Source of the DNA: Opitutaceae bacterium
Lineage (GTDB): Bacteria; Verrucomicrobiota; Verrucomicrobiia; Opitutales; Coraliomargaritaceae
NCBI GenBank assembly: GCA_051252375.1
Contig: JBPOFY010000001.1
Span: 480,001 to 544,000 of the forward strand
Direction of reading: 5' to 3'
Length of the DNA: 64,000 nt
Below, one piece after another: positions 9,684 through 21,208 of the stretch (position 1 is its first letter; every line of letters begins with the position of its first letter). The notes below the pieces were generated by a model that saw nothing but the letters and a program-made list of their open reading frames with translations, was not told where the DNA came from and did no database searches. Position numbers and translations under genes: made by a program.

Positions 9684-11354
9684 CTACGCCAATACGCCCA
9701 TGGTCTTCAGCAAGGTGGAGACATAAGGGATGAGTTGTTTCTTGCGACTGACGATGCCGGCGAGTTCGTAGATATTACTTTGGCCGCGCTGCGGATAGTT
9801 GATCTGGCTTTTTAGTTCTTCGCTGCCTGCGACGACCAAGAGCGAGTCCTGTGAGTTGATGTCAGTGACGAGGAGGAAGCAAAATAGTAGGTCTTCTTCT
9901 GCCCGATATGCTTCCAGAGCCTTGTCTAGATCGTCTTCTTTCTCCCAGAAGTTATTGAAGCCCAATTCTTCAATCTGTGAGACGGAGTAGCGGAATTCAC
10001 CTTCGTCGTAAATCTTGCAGTCGGAACTGATGACTTTCTCGGGTGGGTTATTGATGATGACGGAACCAGCGGTAAAGATAAGATCTGCGAGCTCTTTAGG
10101 CTCGATGCCTGCAATAGGAGAAAGCCAGTCGAGTAGCTCGCCTTCAAGCGGAGTGGTTGTTGGGCTATTGAGTAATAAAGTGTCGGAAATGATTCCAGCC
10201 ATCATGACACCCGCAATACCCTGAGTCGGTGTGAGCGAGTGTGAGCGGAAGAGGTCCGCCACGATCGAGCAGGTGGATCCGACCGGTCGATTGATAAAGA
10301 GGATCGGTTGCTCGGTGGGGATGTTGCCCAGACGGTGGTGATCTAGGATTTCGGTAATCTGGACTTCGCTGGCACCGTTGACGGCTTGCCCGAGCTCGTT
10401 GTGATCGACGAGTGCGATGCGTGTGCTACTGGGGCGTAAAATATCACTCTTAGAGAAGACCCCGATCAGCTTTTTGTCGTCATCGACGACAAGGTAAAGA
10501 GGGTGGTTCAAGTTGGCGATACGGCGCTTGATGGAGGAGATGCGATCTTCTCTTGTGAAGCAAATTACTTCACTTTCGACTAAGCCTTCAATGTGTGTGG
10601 CGGTGCGAATGATCCATGAGGTAGTGGCCGAGTCGTAGGGGCTGACGATGAGAGAAACGCCGCGCTCTTTAGCTCGGGCGACCATGTCTTCATCGACTTC
10701 GAGTCCGCCTGTGATGACTAAGAGGCGAATGCCGAGTTGCAGGCAGCGCTCTTGAATGTCCCAGCGGTCACCCACGATGATGATGCTCTTGCTCGAAGGC
10801 ATACCATCTTCTTTGTGATGACTGCCAAACGAGCGGATGTCCATTGCGCCGATACGGACATAGAGCTCTTCGAGGCAATCGGGCTTGTCTGAGTGCAGGA
10901 CTTTGGCGCTTAGCGAGCGAATGATAGAATCGATGCTCGTGTGCACTCGCCGCATGAGGCGTGGCTCTTTTGGCTTTGGTATGAAAAATTCGCCGAGCTG
11001 GAAAATGGAGATCATGCCTTCGACATGATTGGTCTCAGTGACTACGGGTAGTGCCCGGACATCAAACTTATCGATCAGCTCGAGGGCTTCCGCGCAGGTG
11101 CTATCTTTGGTGACGCTACGCACCTGTTGACGCATGATATTTTCTACGCGTGGGGTGACGTCACCGATGAAGAGTGGCAGCTTGACTTTGAATCGATCGA
11201 GGATCGCGTCGATGCGGGCGTTGGAGTTGCCGCAGCGTGCAGCTACGTAGTGAGTTTCGCCAATGGCGTGCTTAAACGCTTCGTAAGCGAGCGCAGAGCA
11301 GATGGCATCGGCGTCAGGGTTCTTGTGACCTAGTATGTAGATTGGGTCTGACAT
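9684..11354 (-). CDS. ppaC: Mn-dependent family II inorganic pyrophosphatase with CBS-DRTGG insert
   Basis: GHKNPDADAICS, LVDHNE, ILDHH, SRKKQ; start at MSDPIY. Confidence 0.92.
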   Translation of the reverse strand: MSDPIYILGHKNPDADAICSALAYEAFKHAIGETHYVAARCGNSNARIDAILDRFKVKLPLFIGDVTPRVENIMRQQVRSVTKDSTCAEALELIDKFDVRALPVVTETNHVEGMISIFQLGEFFIPKPKEPRLMRRVHTSIDSIIRSLSAKVLHSDKPDCLEELYVRIGAMDIRSFGSHHKEDGMPSSKSIIIVGDRWDIQERCLQLGIRLLVITGGLEVDEDMVARAKERGVSLIVSPYDSATTSWIIRTATHIEGLVESEVICFTREDRISSIKRRIANLNHPLYLVVDDDKKLIGVFSKSDILRPSSTRIALVDHNELGQAVNGASEVQITEILDHHRLGNIPTEQPILFINRPVGSTCSIVADLFRSHSLTPTQGIAGVMMAGIISDTLLLNSPTTTPLEGELLDWLSPIAGIEPKELADLIFTAGSVIINNPPEKVISSDCKIYDEGEFRYSVSQIEELGFNNFWEKEDDLDKALEAYRAEEDLLFCFLLVTDINSQDSLLVVAGSEELKSQINYPQRGQSNIYELAGIVSRKKQLIPYVSTLLKTMGVLA

Positions 11355-11419
11355 TATAGGGTCTAAAGAAAGCAGAAGCTTTGCCTTGAACAACGCCAAA
11401 GTGAGGGATTTGGGCAAAG

Positions 11420-11451
11420 AAAAAGCCAGCTCCCTGCGGAGCTGGCTTTTT
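11420..11451 (-). terminator. Intrinsic terminator (bidirectional type)
   Basis: AAAAAGCCAGCTCC-CTGC-GGAGCTGGCTTTTT. Confidence 0.8.
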
Positions 11452-11465
11452 AAGCGGGAAATTAA

Positions 11466-12176
11466 TTAATTGCTGTCAGCTCTTAGGATTTCCTTTTTCG
11501 AACTAACAGTTGAACTGATCACATCATTGATGTTTGTGGTGGTTTGTCCGTTGGTCGGGTTGTTTAACGCACCATCTTCAGTTTCGTCTAATTCATTGTA
11601 GAATTGAACGTGACCATCGAGGAAAGCGATGTGTCCGCCGCGCTTCCAAGGTGTATCGACTCCCCAGACGCCAGAAGCCTCAAGTCCACGAGTCCAAATC
11701 AATGGTGTTGTAGAAGTTGGATCACTTCCGCCGACACCAAGAGCAAAGTCATAGCTGACTGGGACGGATGAACTCCAGTTGTCGTCATTCCAGACATTTG
11801 AGCTATCGCGATACCCGATTACTTGAGGTAACGTTTCGCCAATGACTAGTTCATCGCTATCAATAGTCCAGATAGCTGCGTCTGTGAGGTCAACTTTCTC
11901 GGCGAGGAATGCTGCAACGCCTTGAACTGTCTTTCCGCCCTTTACTCCAGTTAATTTTGATTCAGTCAAAACTTTCACTTTGCCGCCAGAAGTGGAGTAG
12001 GTTGCATAGGAAACGGCAATAGAGCGAATGTTGCTGGATGATTTCATCTTTTGCGCAACTTCACGAACCTTGCCAACGGCAGGGATCAAAATAGCGGCAA
12101 GAATACCGATAATTGCGATAACAGTGAGCAGCTCAATGAGGGTAAAGCCTGCGCGAGGGGATTTTGGTGTTTTCAT
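11466..12176 (-). CDS. Prepilin-type N-terminal cleavage/methylation domain protein (PVC type)
   Basis: GFTLIELLTVIAIIGILAAILIP; C-terminal HIAFLDGHV; start at MKTPKS. Confidence 0.9.
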   Translation of the reverse strand: MKTPKSPRAGFTLIELLTVIAIIGILAAILIPAVGKVREVAQKMKSSSNIRSIAVSYATYSTSGGKVKVLTESKLTGVKGGKTVQGVAAFLAEKVDLTDAAIWTIDSDELVIGETLPQVIGYRDSSNVWNDDNWSSSVPVSYDFALGVGGSDPTSTTPLIWTRGLEASGVWGVDTPWKRGGHIAFLDGHVQFYNELDETEDGALNNPTNGQTTTNINDVISSTVSSKKEILRADSN

Positions 12177-12310
12177 ATTAATATAATAAATGAGTGAGGA
12201 GTGAACCCGCCAGTAAGTGGGAAGACTGCTGACGATGCTCCAATGTAGGTCATTTACTTTATTAAGTCCAATTCTTTTTCGCATCTGTTTGAATTAGACA
12301 GCTTGGATCT

Positions 12311-12346
12311 AAAAAGCTCCTGTCGCATAAGGCGAACAGGAGCTTT
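12311..12346 (-). terminator. Intrinsic terminator after glyA
   Basis: AAAAAGCTCCTGT...ACAGGAGCTTT hairpin. Confidence 0.75.
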
Positions 12347-12376
12347 GTAGATGAAATGACTGTAAGTTGCGCTTGT

Positions 12377-13657
12377 TTACGAGGCGTAAGGCAATGGGTG
12401 CTTTTGGCAGAGGTCCAGTGCGATTTCTTTCGCTTTGGCAATGACGGCTTCGTCAGTGGGCGCGCCGAGCACAAGGTCGATGGCTTCTGCGATTTTGACC
12501 ATATCGGCTTCGACGAGACCACGGCTAGTCACCGCAGGAGTGCCTAGGCGGATACCGCTTGTTTGGAATGGGCTGCGGGTTTCGCCGGGGACGGTGTTTT
12601 TATTGGACGTGATGTTGGCTTTATCGAGCGCGATTTGTGCTACCTTGCCGGTGAGCTCGGGGTCTTTGACGCGAAGGTCGATCATCATGAGGTGGTTGTC
12701 GGTGCCACCGCTGATGATGTGGTGTCCGCGTTCCATGAGCGCGTTCGCAAGCGCCTTTGCATTTGCTGCTACTTGTTTTTGGTAAGTTTTGAATTCTTCC
12801 GAGGCGGCTTCCTTGAAGCAAACTGCTTTGCCGGCGATAACATGCATGAGTGGTCCACCTTGGATGCCGGGGAATACTGCAGAATCGATCTTTTTGGCAT
12901 GCTCGGCCTTGCACATGATCAGACCGCCGCGAGGGCCGCGTAGAGTCTTGTGTGTGGTCGTAGTAACGAAGTCCGCATGCGGAATTGGAGACGGGTGGAC
13001 GCCAGTCGCGACTAGGCCTGCGATATGCGCGATGTCTGCCATCAAGTAGGCACCCACTTCGCGAGCAATTTCACCCATGCGGGCAAAGTCAATGATGCGA
13101 GAGTAGGCAGATGCGCCCACAGTGATCATTTTGGGTTGCTCTTTGCGCGCGGTTTCGGCGATGCCATCGTAATCGATGAGGCCATCTTCGACGCCGACAC
13201 CGTAGTTGACGACTTCGTGGTAGATGCCACTGAAATTCATTGGGTGACCGTGTGTCAGGTGCCCGCCGTCGGAAAGATTCATAGTTAGGATCTTGTCACC
13301 CGGGCGTAGCACGGAGAGGTAAACAGCCGCGTTTGCTTGGCTGCCTGAGTGGGGCTGAACGTTGGCATGGTCGGCACCGAAAAGAGCTTTTGCGCGCTCT
13401 ATCGCAAGTGTTTCGACGACGTCCACGTGTTCGCAGCCACCATAGTAGCGTTTGCCGGGGTAGCCTTCGGCGTATTTGTTAGTGAGCACGCTACCTTGCG
13501 CTTCGATGACGGAAGGGTAGGTGAAATTCTCCGAGGCGATTAACTCGAGGTGGCTCTCCTGGCGCTTGCGCTCGGCGGCTATAGCTGCAGCGATTTCCGG
13601 ATCGACGCTTGCGAGCGGTTCAGGGTTGAGGGCGGATGGCTGTGTAGCTGATGTCAT
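12377..13657 (-). CDS. glyA: Serine hydroxymethyltransferase
   Basis: [35 protein letters not shown]. Confidence 0.98.
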   Translation of the reverse strand: MTSATQPSALNPEPLASVDPEIAAAIAAERKRQESHLELIASENFTYPSVIEAQGSVLTNKYAEGYPGKRYYGGCEHVDVVETLAIERAKALFGADHANVQPHSGSQANAAVYLSVLRPGDKILTMNLSDGGHLTHGHPMNFSGIYHEVVNYGVGVEDGLIDYDGIAETARKEQPKMITVGASAYSRIIDFARMGEIAREVGAYLMADIAHIAGLVATGVHPSPIPHADFVTTTTHKTLRGPRGGLIMCKAEHAKKIDSAVFPGIQGGPLMHVIAGKAVCFKEAASEEFKTYQKQVAANAKALANALMERGHHIISGGTDNHLMMIDLRVKDPELTGKVAQIALDKANITSNKNTVPGETRSPFQTSGIRLGTPAVTSRGLVEADMVKIAEAIDLVLGAPTDEAVIAKAKEIALDLCQKHPLPYAS

Positions 13658-13709
13658 GACGATAATATTGCGTTATATGAAAATTCTTTAGTATGTCGGT
13701 TCTGTGTGA

Positions 13710-15245
13710 TTAGAAAGGCCAGACCCAACTTTTCTTGGATGGGCGCTTGGATGTTTCTTTGGGCTCTGTTGCTTCCTCGACTGCTTCCTCAACTGCCTCG
13801 GCGGTCGCGTTAATCTCGGTGACAGGCTCTGTAGGTTCGCTCACGGGCGCTTCTGTTTCGATGACTTCTGTTTGCGGGATGTTTGGTTTGCTTGCGTCAG
13901 GGTGCTCGCTCCAGAAAGGCCACCACCATGGGTCGCCCTCTTCGGTTTTCTCGTAACCTTCCTCCAGTAGGGCATCGGTTGATGTGTCGGTTTCATCTTC
14001 GCTGAACGGCCAAGCCCAGCGTGCAAAAGTGCGACCCCATCCTGCATCTTCTGTGACTGGAGCAACGCCAGCGGCTTCTGAAAGGGCAAGCATTTGGCGG
14101 GCAACATTCTCACGACCTTGCAAGTGCTCTGCCAGCTTGGATGCATCTGCTGGAGCCGCTGGGTATGTGCGGGTGGGCACACCATCTAGTGGGCGACCCG
14201 GTTTGTATTCATACAGAACGAACCCATGACCGACAGGGCTTAGGATTTGCCTAGAGCCGTTGTCCCAGCGCAGGAAAATATCTTGCCCATCCATACGCCA
14301 GGAACCTTCGAAATTCTTGCCGCGCGAAGTAGTGATGCCCCCGAAGCGACCCAATTCAATTCGTTCGTAAGTGCTCTCATCAATTTTTACGAGCCATGTG
14401 CCCCGGTAAAAAGCTCGAGCGTTTTTACGGCTGGAGAAGGCGATGCCACCAGTATGAATTTCACGCTCGGTATGGTAGGTGGATAGCCAGTTCGCGGGCA
14501 CCTTGTCGTTGATTGTGCGGGTGGCGGTTTGAAACTCGGTTTTGTCGTCTTCGATCACGAACCCAGCGTCGATTCTTTTGTAGGAGTAGGCGCGTTCGTT
14601 TTCGCGCAGGATGGAGTATTGTCCGCTGTCCCAAACGATGTGTAGTTCGCTGCCTTGTTTCGCCCAAGAGCCGCGTAACCCACGGCTATCGCCCCAAGTG
14701 CTGGCGGCCGAGCGGTCCGATTCGATGAAGACATAGTGACTGCCGGAGTCATCGCTGATTTCCCAAATGCCGAAATAGCCTTTTGCTTTGTCTCGGTCTG
14801 AGGCGACTTCGGTGGTGGCAGTTGGTGGCTTGGCCCATTGGCCTAAAACATCCTTAGGCACTTGTTGGGCGGGGACGGTGTAAACTATGTTTTGATTGCG
14901 ATCAACTAGTGAGATTCCGAAGCCCAGCGCATCTCTAAGGATCTTATGTTGGCTACCATTTTGCCATTGAAGCGTGGCGGTTTCATCTGTGCTGGACCAA
15001 GTGCCTTGGTAGACGGTGCGGTCGGTATTATCTCCCCAGAAATAAGAAGCGAGGCCCCCGCGTTTTACGATTAGAATGAGTGCGCCATCATTAGGCGTAT
15101 CGATTTGCCATGTGCCTCGAAACAAATCGTTGCCGGTTTGAGCAAGCGAACTGGAGGCACTGCTGATAGCCAATAGAGTGAGAAGTATTGCTTTCGCGTG
15201 GAGACGGAAGCGGCTAAGGTATCTCTGAGGAGAGAAGATGTTCAT
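13710..15245 (-). CDS. Exported protein with repeated Trp-rich beta modules and an acidic tail
   Basis: Signal peptide, recurring FxGxW/GxW modules, three WxWPF motifs. Confidence 0.75.
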   Translation of the reverse strand: MNIFSPQRYLSRFRLHAKAILLTLLAISSASSSLAQTGNDLFRGTWQIDTPNDGALILIVKRGGLASYFWGDNTDRTVYQGTWSSTDETATLQWQNGSQHKILRDALGFGISLVDRNQNIVYTVPAQQVPKDVLGQWAKPPTATTEVASDRDKAKGYFGIWEISDDSGSHYVFIESDRSAASTWGDSRGLRGSWAKQGSELHIVWDSGQYSILRENERAYSYKRIDAGFVIEDDKTEFQTATRTINDKVPANWLSTYHTEREIHTGGIAFSSRKNARAFYRGTWLVKIDESTYERIELGRFGGITTSRGKNFEGSWRMDGQDIFLRWDNGSRQILSPVGHGFVLYEYKPGRPLDGVPTRTYPAAPADASKLAEHLQGRENVARQMLALSEAAGVAPVTEDAGWGRTFARWAWPFSEDETDTSTDALLEEGYEKTEEGDPWWWPFWSEHPDASKPNIPQTEVIETEAPVSEPTEPVTEINATAEAVEEAVEEATEPKETSKRPSKKSWVWPF

Positions 15246-15321
15246 GTGAGGTGCATATTTTTCGCTCGTGAGGCATGCAAGTATTAATCATGCCCCATTG
15301 AAAATGCCTAAGCGAAGGGAG

Positions 15322-16101
15322 TTATGGTTTTTGGCCAATTTTTGAGAAATCAAGGAGGCTGCGACTGATCTTGCCGCGTTCTAAAGTGGCGCGATCAGAT
15401 TGTGGGTGTGCCTCGATGATGGTGCCTTCCGAGTAGTGGAAGTTGAATTTGCCGGGGCTGGTTTCTTTATAGAGGCTGCCCAGTTCGATTTTGGCAGGGA
15501 AGGTGTCTTCAATAGCCGTTGTTGGGGTTGTTTCTGCTGGGAAATTAACATTGAGAACGGTTCCCAATATTGGCGGGTTTTGAACCGCGAGGAGGGCGAT
15601 CTTGGCCGCGTGCTGGGCTGCGGCGATGAGGCTGTCGTTAAAACGCCCTTCGGTGCGACCGTTACTGTCTCGAACGGCTTCAAAGATGTCTCCCGGGACA
15701 CACTGGCTGAACGCAATCGCGGGTAGCCCCCATAGGGCTCCTTCGATGGCACCCGCGACAGTGCCAGAGCTCAAGATAAGGGTCTCTGTGGTATTGTAGC
15801 CAATATTTATGCCGGAGACGACGATGTCTGGCTTTTCGGGCAGCAGATTACCGAGTGCGATATTGATACAGTCCGTAGGCGTGCCGCTGATTGCCCAAGC
15901 GTCTACAGATTGTGGGAAAATCGATGGGCTATGAATGACCTCAACTTCCTTATGGCGGCTCACGGCTCGCCCTATCCAGCTTTGCTCAAAGGCGGGCGCT
16001 GCGACCGAGACCTTAAAGTGCTGTGAGAGTGCGTCCACCAGTTGGTGGAGGAAGGCCGAGTCGATGCCGTCGTCGTTGGTGACTAAAACGTGTGGTTTCA
16101 C
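15322..16101 (-). CDS. surE: 5'/3'-nucleotidase SurE
   Basis: [32 protein letters not shown] start. Confidence 0.95.
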   Translation of the reverse strand: MKPHVLVTNDDGIDSAFLHQLVDALSQHFKVSVAAPAFEQSWIGRAVSRHKEVEVIHSPSIFPQSVDAWAISGTPTDCINIALGNLLPEKPDIVVSGINIGYNTTETLILSSGTVAGAIEGALWGLPAIAFSQCVPGDIFEAVRDSNGRTEGRFNDSLIAAAQHAAKIALLAVQNPPILGTVLNVNFPAETTPTTAIEDTFPAKIELGSLYKETSPGKFNFHYSEGTIIEAHPQSDRATLERGKISRSLLDFSKIGQKP

Positions 16102-16137
16102 TTGATGCGTGGAGGGTGTGGAATGTGGCGAAGAGTG

Positions 16138-16608
16138 CTAGACGCCCGCTGGACGGGCGAGGGCTTCGCTTGGGGCTGCGGTGATGCGCTCGCGCACGGA
16201 TGTGGGCAATTCAATGGATTGCAGCTCACCGCTGGCAGTGAGCTTGGTCAGCACCGTTACCATCTGCCCTTTGCCAGCTTGTGTGCGTGAGCCATCCTGA
16301 TTTTGGCGGAAAATACGGAATTGGTATTCGATCGACCGATCTTTCATCGATTTTACGGCGAGATGTATGTCGATTGTGTCGCCGAAGCGTATCGGGGCGG
16401 AGAACTTGCATTCTGCTCGAGCTCGAGGCCAGCCTACCAGCTCGCCTGGCTGCGTATTGATCAGGTCGACACCTGCGGCTTCGAAAAAGTCCCGCTCAGC
16501 GGTTTCCATGTAGCGGAAAAAATTCGAGAAATGGACGAGTCCGGCCATATCTGTTTCGGAAAACTCGATTCGACGAGTCGAAGTGTGTTCATATGCCATG
16601 TGATGCAT
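16138..16608 (-). CDS. Acyl-CoA thioesterase (4HBT/YbgC hotdog family)
   Basis: [23 protein letters not shown]. Confidence 0.9.
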   Translation of the reverse strand: MHHMAYEHTSTRRIEFSETDMAGLVHFSNFFRYMETAERDFFEAAGVDLINTQPGELVGWPRARAECKFSAPIRFGDTIDIHLAVKSMKDRSIEYQFRIFRQNQDGSRTQAGKGQMVTVLTKLTASGELQSIELPTSVRERITAAPSEALARPAGV

Positions 16609-16669
16609 TCATGAGAAGCATCTGCAGTTTAGCAATCGCAGGATACACAAAATTGCCGGCGAGGGGCAT

Positions 16670-16700
16670 AAAAACGGGAAGCCCTTTTCAAGGCTTCCCG
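16670..16700 (-). terminator. Intrinsic terminator after tal
   Basis: AAAAACGGGAAGCC...GGCTTCCCG. Confidence 0.7.
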
Positions 16701-16726
16701 GGGAAAGGAGTGTGTATTGGGATTCT

Positions 16727-17686
16727 TTAGGCGAGCTTGGCTTTGACGATTTCGCGCACCTTTATCATGTCTTGCCCGAACACGCGGATGCCTTGCGCGA
16801 GCTTTTCGGTCGCCATCGCATCTTCATTTAGAAGCCAGCGGAAGGATTTCTCAGAAACGTCGAGCTTTTCGATGTCGGCGTCTTTCGCGGCTTCGGGATC
16901 GAGTTTGCGTGGCACTTCGTCAGACATGCCTTTTAGCTCTTCTAGGAGATTTGGGCTGATTGTAAGTAGGTCACATCCAGCGAGTTCGAGGATTTCGCCG
17001 AGATTTCGGAAGCTGGCTCCCATGACCTCAGTCTTGTAGCCAAATTTCTTATAGTATGTGTAAATTTCTTTTACGCTAAGCACGCCAGGGTCAGTTTCCT
17101 GAGTGTAGTTCTCGCCAGTGCTTGCCTTATACCAATCGAGGATGCGACCGACAAAGGGTGAAATGAGCTGAGCGCCCGCCTCAGCGCAAGCCACTGCCTG
17201 AGCTAGCGAGAAGAGCAGTGTCATATTGCAGCGAATACCTTCTTTTTCCAGCGTCTCCGCCGCGCGAATGCCTTCCCAAGTGGAAGCCATTTTAATTAAA
17301 ATACGCTCACGAGAGATGCCATTGGCCTCGTAAAGTGCGATGAGCTCGCGGGCTTTGGTGATGGTGGCATCGACGTCAAAAGAGAGGCAGGCGTCCACTT
17401 CCGTAGAGACGCGACCAGGCACAATCTCCAAGATTCGGCAGCCAAAGCCCACTAGGAGGTGGTCGACCACAAGGTCGACGAGTGCTTCACCGCTGAGTCC
17501 GGAGTCCTTCGTCGAGGCGATAGCCTCATCTAATACGGCGGCATACTCCGTTTTTTGGAGGGCTTTTAAGATTAGGGACGGATTTGTGGTCGCGTCTTGC
17601 GGCGTATAGGCCGCCAAAGTTTCAAAGTCGCCAGTGTCGGCGACCACAGTTGTCAGTGCTTTCAGTGCTTCAAGTGTATTACTCAT
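16727..17686 (-). CDS. tal: Transaldolase
   Basis: [32 protein letters not shown]; start at MSNTLE. Confidence 0.97.
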   Translation of the reverse strand: MSNTLEALKALTTVVADTGDFETLAAYTPQDATTNPSLILKALQKTEYAAVLDEAIASTKDSGLSGEALVDLVVDHLLVGFGCRILEIVPGRVSTEVDACLSFDVDATITKARELIALYEANGISRERILIKMASTWEGIRAAETLEKEGIRCNMTLLFSLAQAVACAEAGAQLISPFVGRILDWYKASTGENYTQETDPGVLSVKEIYTYYKKFGYKTEVMGASFRNLGEILELAGCDLLTISPNLLEELKGMSDEVPRKLDPEAAKDADIEKLDVSEKSFRWLLNEDAMATEKLAQGIRVFGQDMIKVREIVKAKLA

Positions 17687-17742
17687 GGGAGCTTGTGTAT
17701 GCTCTGCGGCACATATTTCAAACTTCTTTAGTATGAGTTCTA

Positions 17743-18132
17743 TTAATTCTTTGCATTTATAGAGGGCTTGCAAGACTTCCAGGCGAGATGGCCCCAGCCT
17801 ACGATGAAGCATAGTCCTCCAAGTGGGGTGATGGGGCCGAGCCAATTTGGCGCACCTAGTGAGAGCGCGTATAGTGAGCCGCAAAAGAGGAAGATCCCTA
17901 AGCAGAAGCAATTACGGCAAAAACGGGCGATTTTGTCATTAATTGGCAAATGTGCCAGTAATAGGAGGCCTAGCGCGTGCCACATATGATAGTCCACAGC
18001 AGTCTTCCATGTTTCAAGTGTGCCCCTTTCGAGCAGAATGACTTTTAGGGCATGAGCTCCAAAAGCGCCAAGCACGACGGCAGCTAGGGCAAAGGCACTA
18101 CCGAGGCAGATAAAGGTGTGGCGGTGTTTCAT
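17743..18132 (-). CDS. DUF423/YgdD family membrane protein
   Basis: [28 protein letters not shown]. Confidence 0.9.
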   Translation of the reverse strand: MKHRHTFICLGSAFALAAVVLGAFGAHALKVILLERGTLETWKTAVDYHMWHALGLLLLAHLPINDKIARFCRNCFCLGIFLFCGSLYALSLGAPNWLGPITPLGGLCFIVGWGHLAWKSCKPSINAKN

Positions 18133-18289
18133 AAATATCTATCGTCGAGTTAGGCTTTTGTTAGGATAGTGCAGGTTTACATAGGACTAAGCGTGAGGGT
18201 TGATTGAATGGCCTTGGGCTTATCTCGGTTATTAGACGTTTTTTTATACTTGCATTACTAACTATTTTATACATTAAAGTGAACCAAAT

Positions 18290-18811
18290 ATGCGTATTAA
18301 TTCTATTAATGTATGCTTTGTCGCGCTTGCCGTGACAGCATCTGCTATAACTTTATCTGCTGCTGACGCGGGTTCCGATGCGGACCGTATTGCTCGCTTG
18401 GAGGCTCGTTTGATCGAGTTGGAATCTCGTTTGGCTGATACCGAGCAGGAAACCAAAGAAGTGAAGGTGTTAGCTTCCAGCGCAGCGGCAACTGGTGGCA
18501 ATGCCTCTATTCTAGGCAATCAAGCCACTTTTGATATTTTAGCTGGGAGCGCATGGCGCAACCTTCGCTGGACTCAAGAGGAGCAGTGGGATGGTATCCG
18601 CAATGGGATCACTGAAGAGCAGGTCATCGAGTTGCTCGGTTCGCCTCCTCGTTCAGTTAAGTCCCTCAAGCCTCGTGTTGACCTAGTCTATTGGTATGAA
18701 ACGAGCATCCGAGATCGAACCAACACTATTCGCGGTAAAATTTCCTTTAAGAAGGGCAAGGTAATTGCTTTTCAAAAGCCCAATTTCAAAGCAGTGAAGT
18801 CGGCTCTATAG
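18290..18811 (+). CDS. Exported protein with coiled coil and a BamE/SmpA-like C-terminal domain
   Basis: Signal peptide, RIARLEARLIELE coil, GITEEQVIELLGSP...WYY. Confidence 0.6.
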   Translation: MRINSINVCFVALAVTASAITLSAADAGSDADRIARLEARLIELESRLADTEQETKEVKVLASSAAATGGNASILGNQATFDILAGSAWRNLRWTQEEQWDGIRNGITEEQVIELLGSPPRSVKSLKPRVDLVYWYETSIRDRTNTIRGKISFKKGKVIAFQKPNFKAVKSAL

Positions 18812-18867
18812 CCAGTGGAACTGCTTAGGAACAACAAACAAAACAAACAAAACAAATAAACTACACT

Positions 18868-19926
18868 ATGAAAAATAAAATTGCTATCGCATCTGCGTTT
18901 ATCGCAGCTTCTAGCTTTTCGATGGGTGAAATCGTTGTAAACGATTTCCTTTCTTTCGAAGGCTTTGTTGATATGTCCTACACACACGAGGATACAGAAA
19001 CTGGTAACAACAACGATGATACTGAAAACAGCTACGGTCTTGACCAAGTTGAAATCAGCTGGTTGTTCGATTTCGATCCTGTAACTGCACAAATCGATCT
19101 TCAGTACCTTGGTTCTGGAACAGACACTAATACAAATGTTGAACAAGCATTTGTAACATACCACTTCGATAACGGTGGTGCTGTAACAGCTGGTCGTTAT
19201 GCATCTATGCTCGGTTTCGAAGCTTATGAGCCAACTGGTCTTTACCAGTTCTCTACAGCTTACGACATCCGTGCTGGTGTTCGTGATCTTTCAAACATCA
19301 ATGGTCAATACGCCAATGGTGTGAAGTTCACATACGAAACAGATACTACATTCTTCGGTATCTCTCTCCAAGACGAAGCTTTCTCCGGTGGAGTTAGCGG
19401 TAACTTGGGTGGTGATGATGACAATCGTTCATTCGGTCTTGAAGTTGCTGGTTCGCTCACAATGGAGAATGGTCTTACATTCTTCCTCGGTGGTGCTTAC
19501 GAAGACGGCGATGAAGGTCTTGGTGACACATACATCATCAACACATATGCTACATTCGAAACAGGTGCTTGGATCTTTGCTGCTGAGTTGAACCTCGGTA
19601 ACACTGAGTCTGGTTCCTTCGCATATGCTGGTCCTGGTGGAAACTTTGCTAAGGCAGACGCTGATCTTTTCTCAGCTCTCATCATGGCAAACTTCGCATA
19701 CAGCGATCAAGCTTCTGTTACTGGTCGTATCTCCTACCAGGAGTTCGAAAGCAACAATGTTGCAGGATTCGAAGCTGAGTACCTTAAGTACACACTCGCA
19801 CACGGCTATGCATTCACAGACAATCTGTCTCTTGTGAATGAAATCAGCTACATCGATGGTGAGCGTGGTTTCGGTACTGATTACGAATCCCTCAACTTAG
19901 CTGCTGAGCTTATCTTCTCATTCTAA
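18868..19926 (+). CDS. Outer-membrane beta-barrel porin, probably highly expressed
   Basis: Signal peptide, amphipathic beta strands, C-terminal Phe (ELIFSF), strongly biased codon usage. Confidence 0.85.
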   Translation: MKNKIAIASAFIAASSFSMGEIVVNDFLSFEGFVDMSYTHEDTETGNNNDDTENSYGLDQVEISWLFDFDPVTAQIDLQYLGSGTDTNTNVEQAFVTYHFDNGGAVTAGRYASMLGFEAYEPTGLYQFSTAYDIRAGVRDLSNINGQYANGVKFTYETDTTFFGISLQDEAFSGGVSGNLGGDDDNRSFGLEVAGSLTMENGLTFFLGGAYEDGDEGLGDTYIINTYATFETGAWIFAAELNLGNTESGSFAYAGPGGNFAKADADLFSALIMANFAYSDQASVTGRISYQEFESNNVAGFEAEYLKYTLAHGYAFTDNLSLVNEISYIDGERGFGTDYESLNLAAELIFSF

Positions 19927-19966
19927 TTGGGCCTCGCCTAGTTAGAACGTAAAGAAAACATATTTC

Positions 19967-20002
19967 AAAGCCCTCCGACTTCGGTCGGGGGGCTTTTTCT
20001 TT
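19967..20002 (+). terminator. Intrinsic terminator after the porin gene
   Basis: AAAGCCCTCCGAC-TTCG-GTCGGGGGGCTTTTT. Confidence 0.85.
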
Positions 20003-20143
20003 GCACGGTTTACGAACGTGGGGAGGATCTTGCTGCATACTGGATTAACTAAGAATAGAGAGTGACGTGGCTACAACGTGACTCTTGAAAAAGCTTAACC
20101 GAGTATTGTTCCCAGCAATCGACTATGAACTTTTTTGTCCGCT

Positions 20144-21193
20144 TTACGAACGCGGCATCAGCTCTCGGCGACGTAGCTGCAGCCAGAGTGTCCAAGCGTG
20201 GCGCTTGAGTATCTCGCGTGCTTGGTCGATCTCCGCGCGGCGTTGTTCCAAGTTCTCATTAGCGATCGCGGAAAGGTCGTCGAGATTGTAGAGATAGACA
20301 TTCTCTATCTTTTCGACATCGGGTGCGATATCGCGGGGCATCGCAAGGTCGATAAGGAAGCACGGGCGCTCTGGGCGCTGCTTGAGCGCCGGGGCTAGGT
20401 TCTCCCTGCTTAGAATCGCTGTTGGTGCGGCCGTGGAGCAAATGATGATATCGAAGTGCTCAAGTTGCGATTCGAAGTCGCTAAATTCGATGGCGGCGCC
20501 ACTTAGCTGGTGTGCCAGTTTGTGGGCATTCTCAAAGGTGCGACTGCTGACAGTGATGTCTGCGACGCCACGACTTTTGAGTGCTTGGGCAGTCTTTTCG
20601 CTGACGTCGCCGCTGCCCAGTAGTAGGACGCGGCTACTGTTGAGCTTGCCGAAGATCCGGCTGGCGAGGTCGACCGCGACGTTGCCGATACTGATTTGAC
20701 CGCGAGTGATCGCAGTTTGTGAGCGAGCGGACTTGGCGGCTTGAAAGCTTTTCTCAAAGAGGCGGTTGAGCACGGTGCTGGTGCAGCCCGCGTCGCGTGC
20801 GCTGGCGTAGGCTCCCTTCATTTGACCTAAGATGTCGGTTTCGCCAACCATTTGAGAGTCTAGGCCTGTGCAGACCTCCAGCGCATGCTGGAGTGCCTCA
20901 AGGTTGGTGTGCCAGAAAGAGTGCGCGTCAAACAGCTCACGACTCAGTCCATGCTCTTGGCAAAGGAGGTCGCGTATGCGCGGCTCGATGTCTGGCGTCG
21001 TCGCCAGTCCATAGATCTCGAGGCGATTACAGGTATTCACGACGAGGCATTCTCGGATGTCTTCGTCGGCGTAGATTTTCTTTTGCAGGCTTTGGGCCTC
21101 TTCTGCAGTCAGTGAAAAGCGTTCACGGACCTCAAGGGGTGCTTGATGGTGGGAACTCCCCAAGACAAACAATGACTGCAATACCTCGCTCAT
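20144..21193 (-). CDS. hemA: Glutamyl-tRNA reductase (short form)
   Basis: [32 protein letters not shown]; too short for a full C-terminal dimerisation domain. Confidence 0.95.
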   Translation of the reverse strand: MSEVLQSLFVLGSSHHQAPLEVRERFSLTAEEAQSLQKKIYADEDIRECLVVNTCNRLEIYGLATTPDIEPRIRDLLCQEHGLSRELFDAHSFWHTNLEALQHALEVCTGLDSQMVGETDILGQMKGAYASARDAGCTSTVLNRLFEKSFQAAKSARSQTAITRGQISIGNVAVDLASRIFGKLNSSRVLLLGSGDVSEKTAQALKSRGVADITVSSRTFENAHKLAHQLSGAAIEFSDFESQLEHFDIIICSTAAPTAILSRENLAPALKQRPERPCFLIDLAMPRDIAPDVEKIENVYLYNLDDLSAIANENLEQRRAEIDQAREILKRHAWTLWLQLRRRELMPRS

Positions 21194-21208
21194 ACAGATA
21201 ATGACAGC

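Noticed and set aside
16102..16137. Weak GTGG-periodic tract upstream of surE
   Set aside because: Too short and irregular to call an array.
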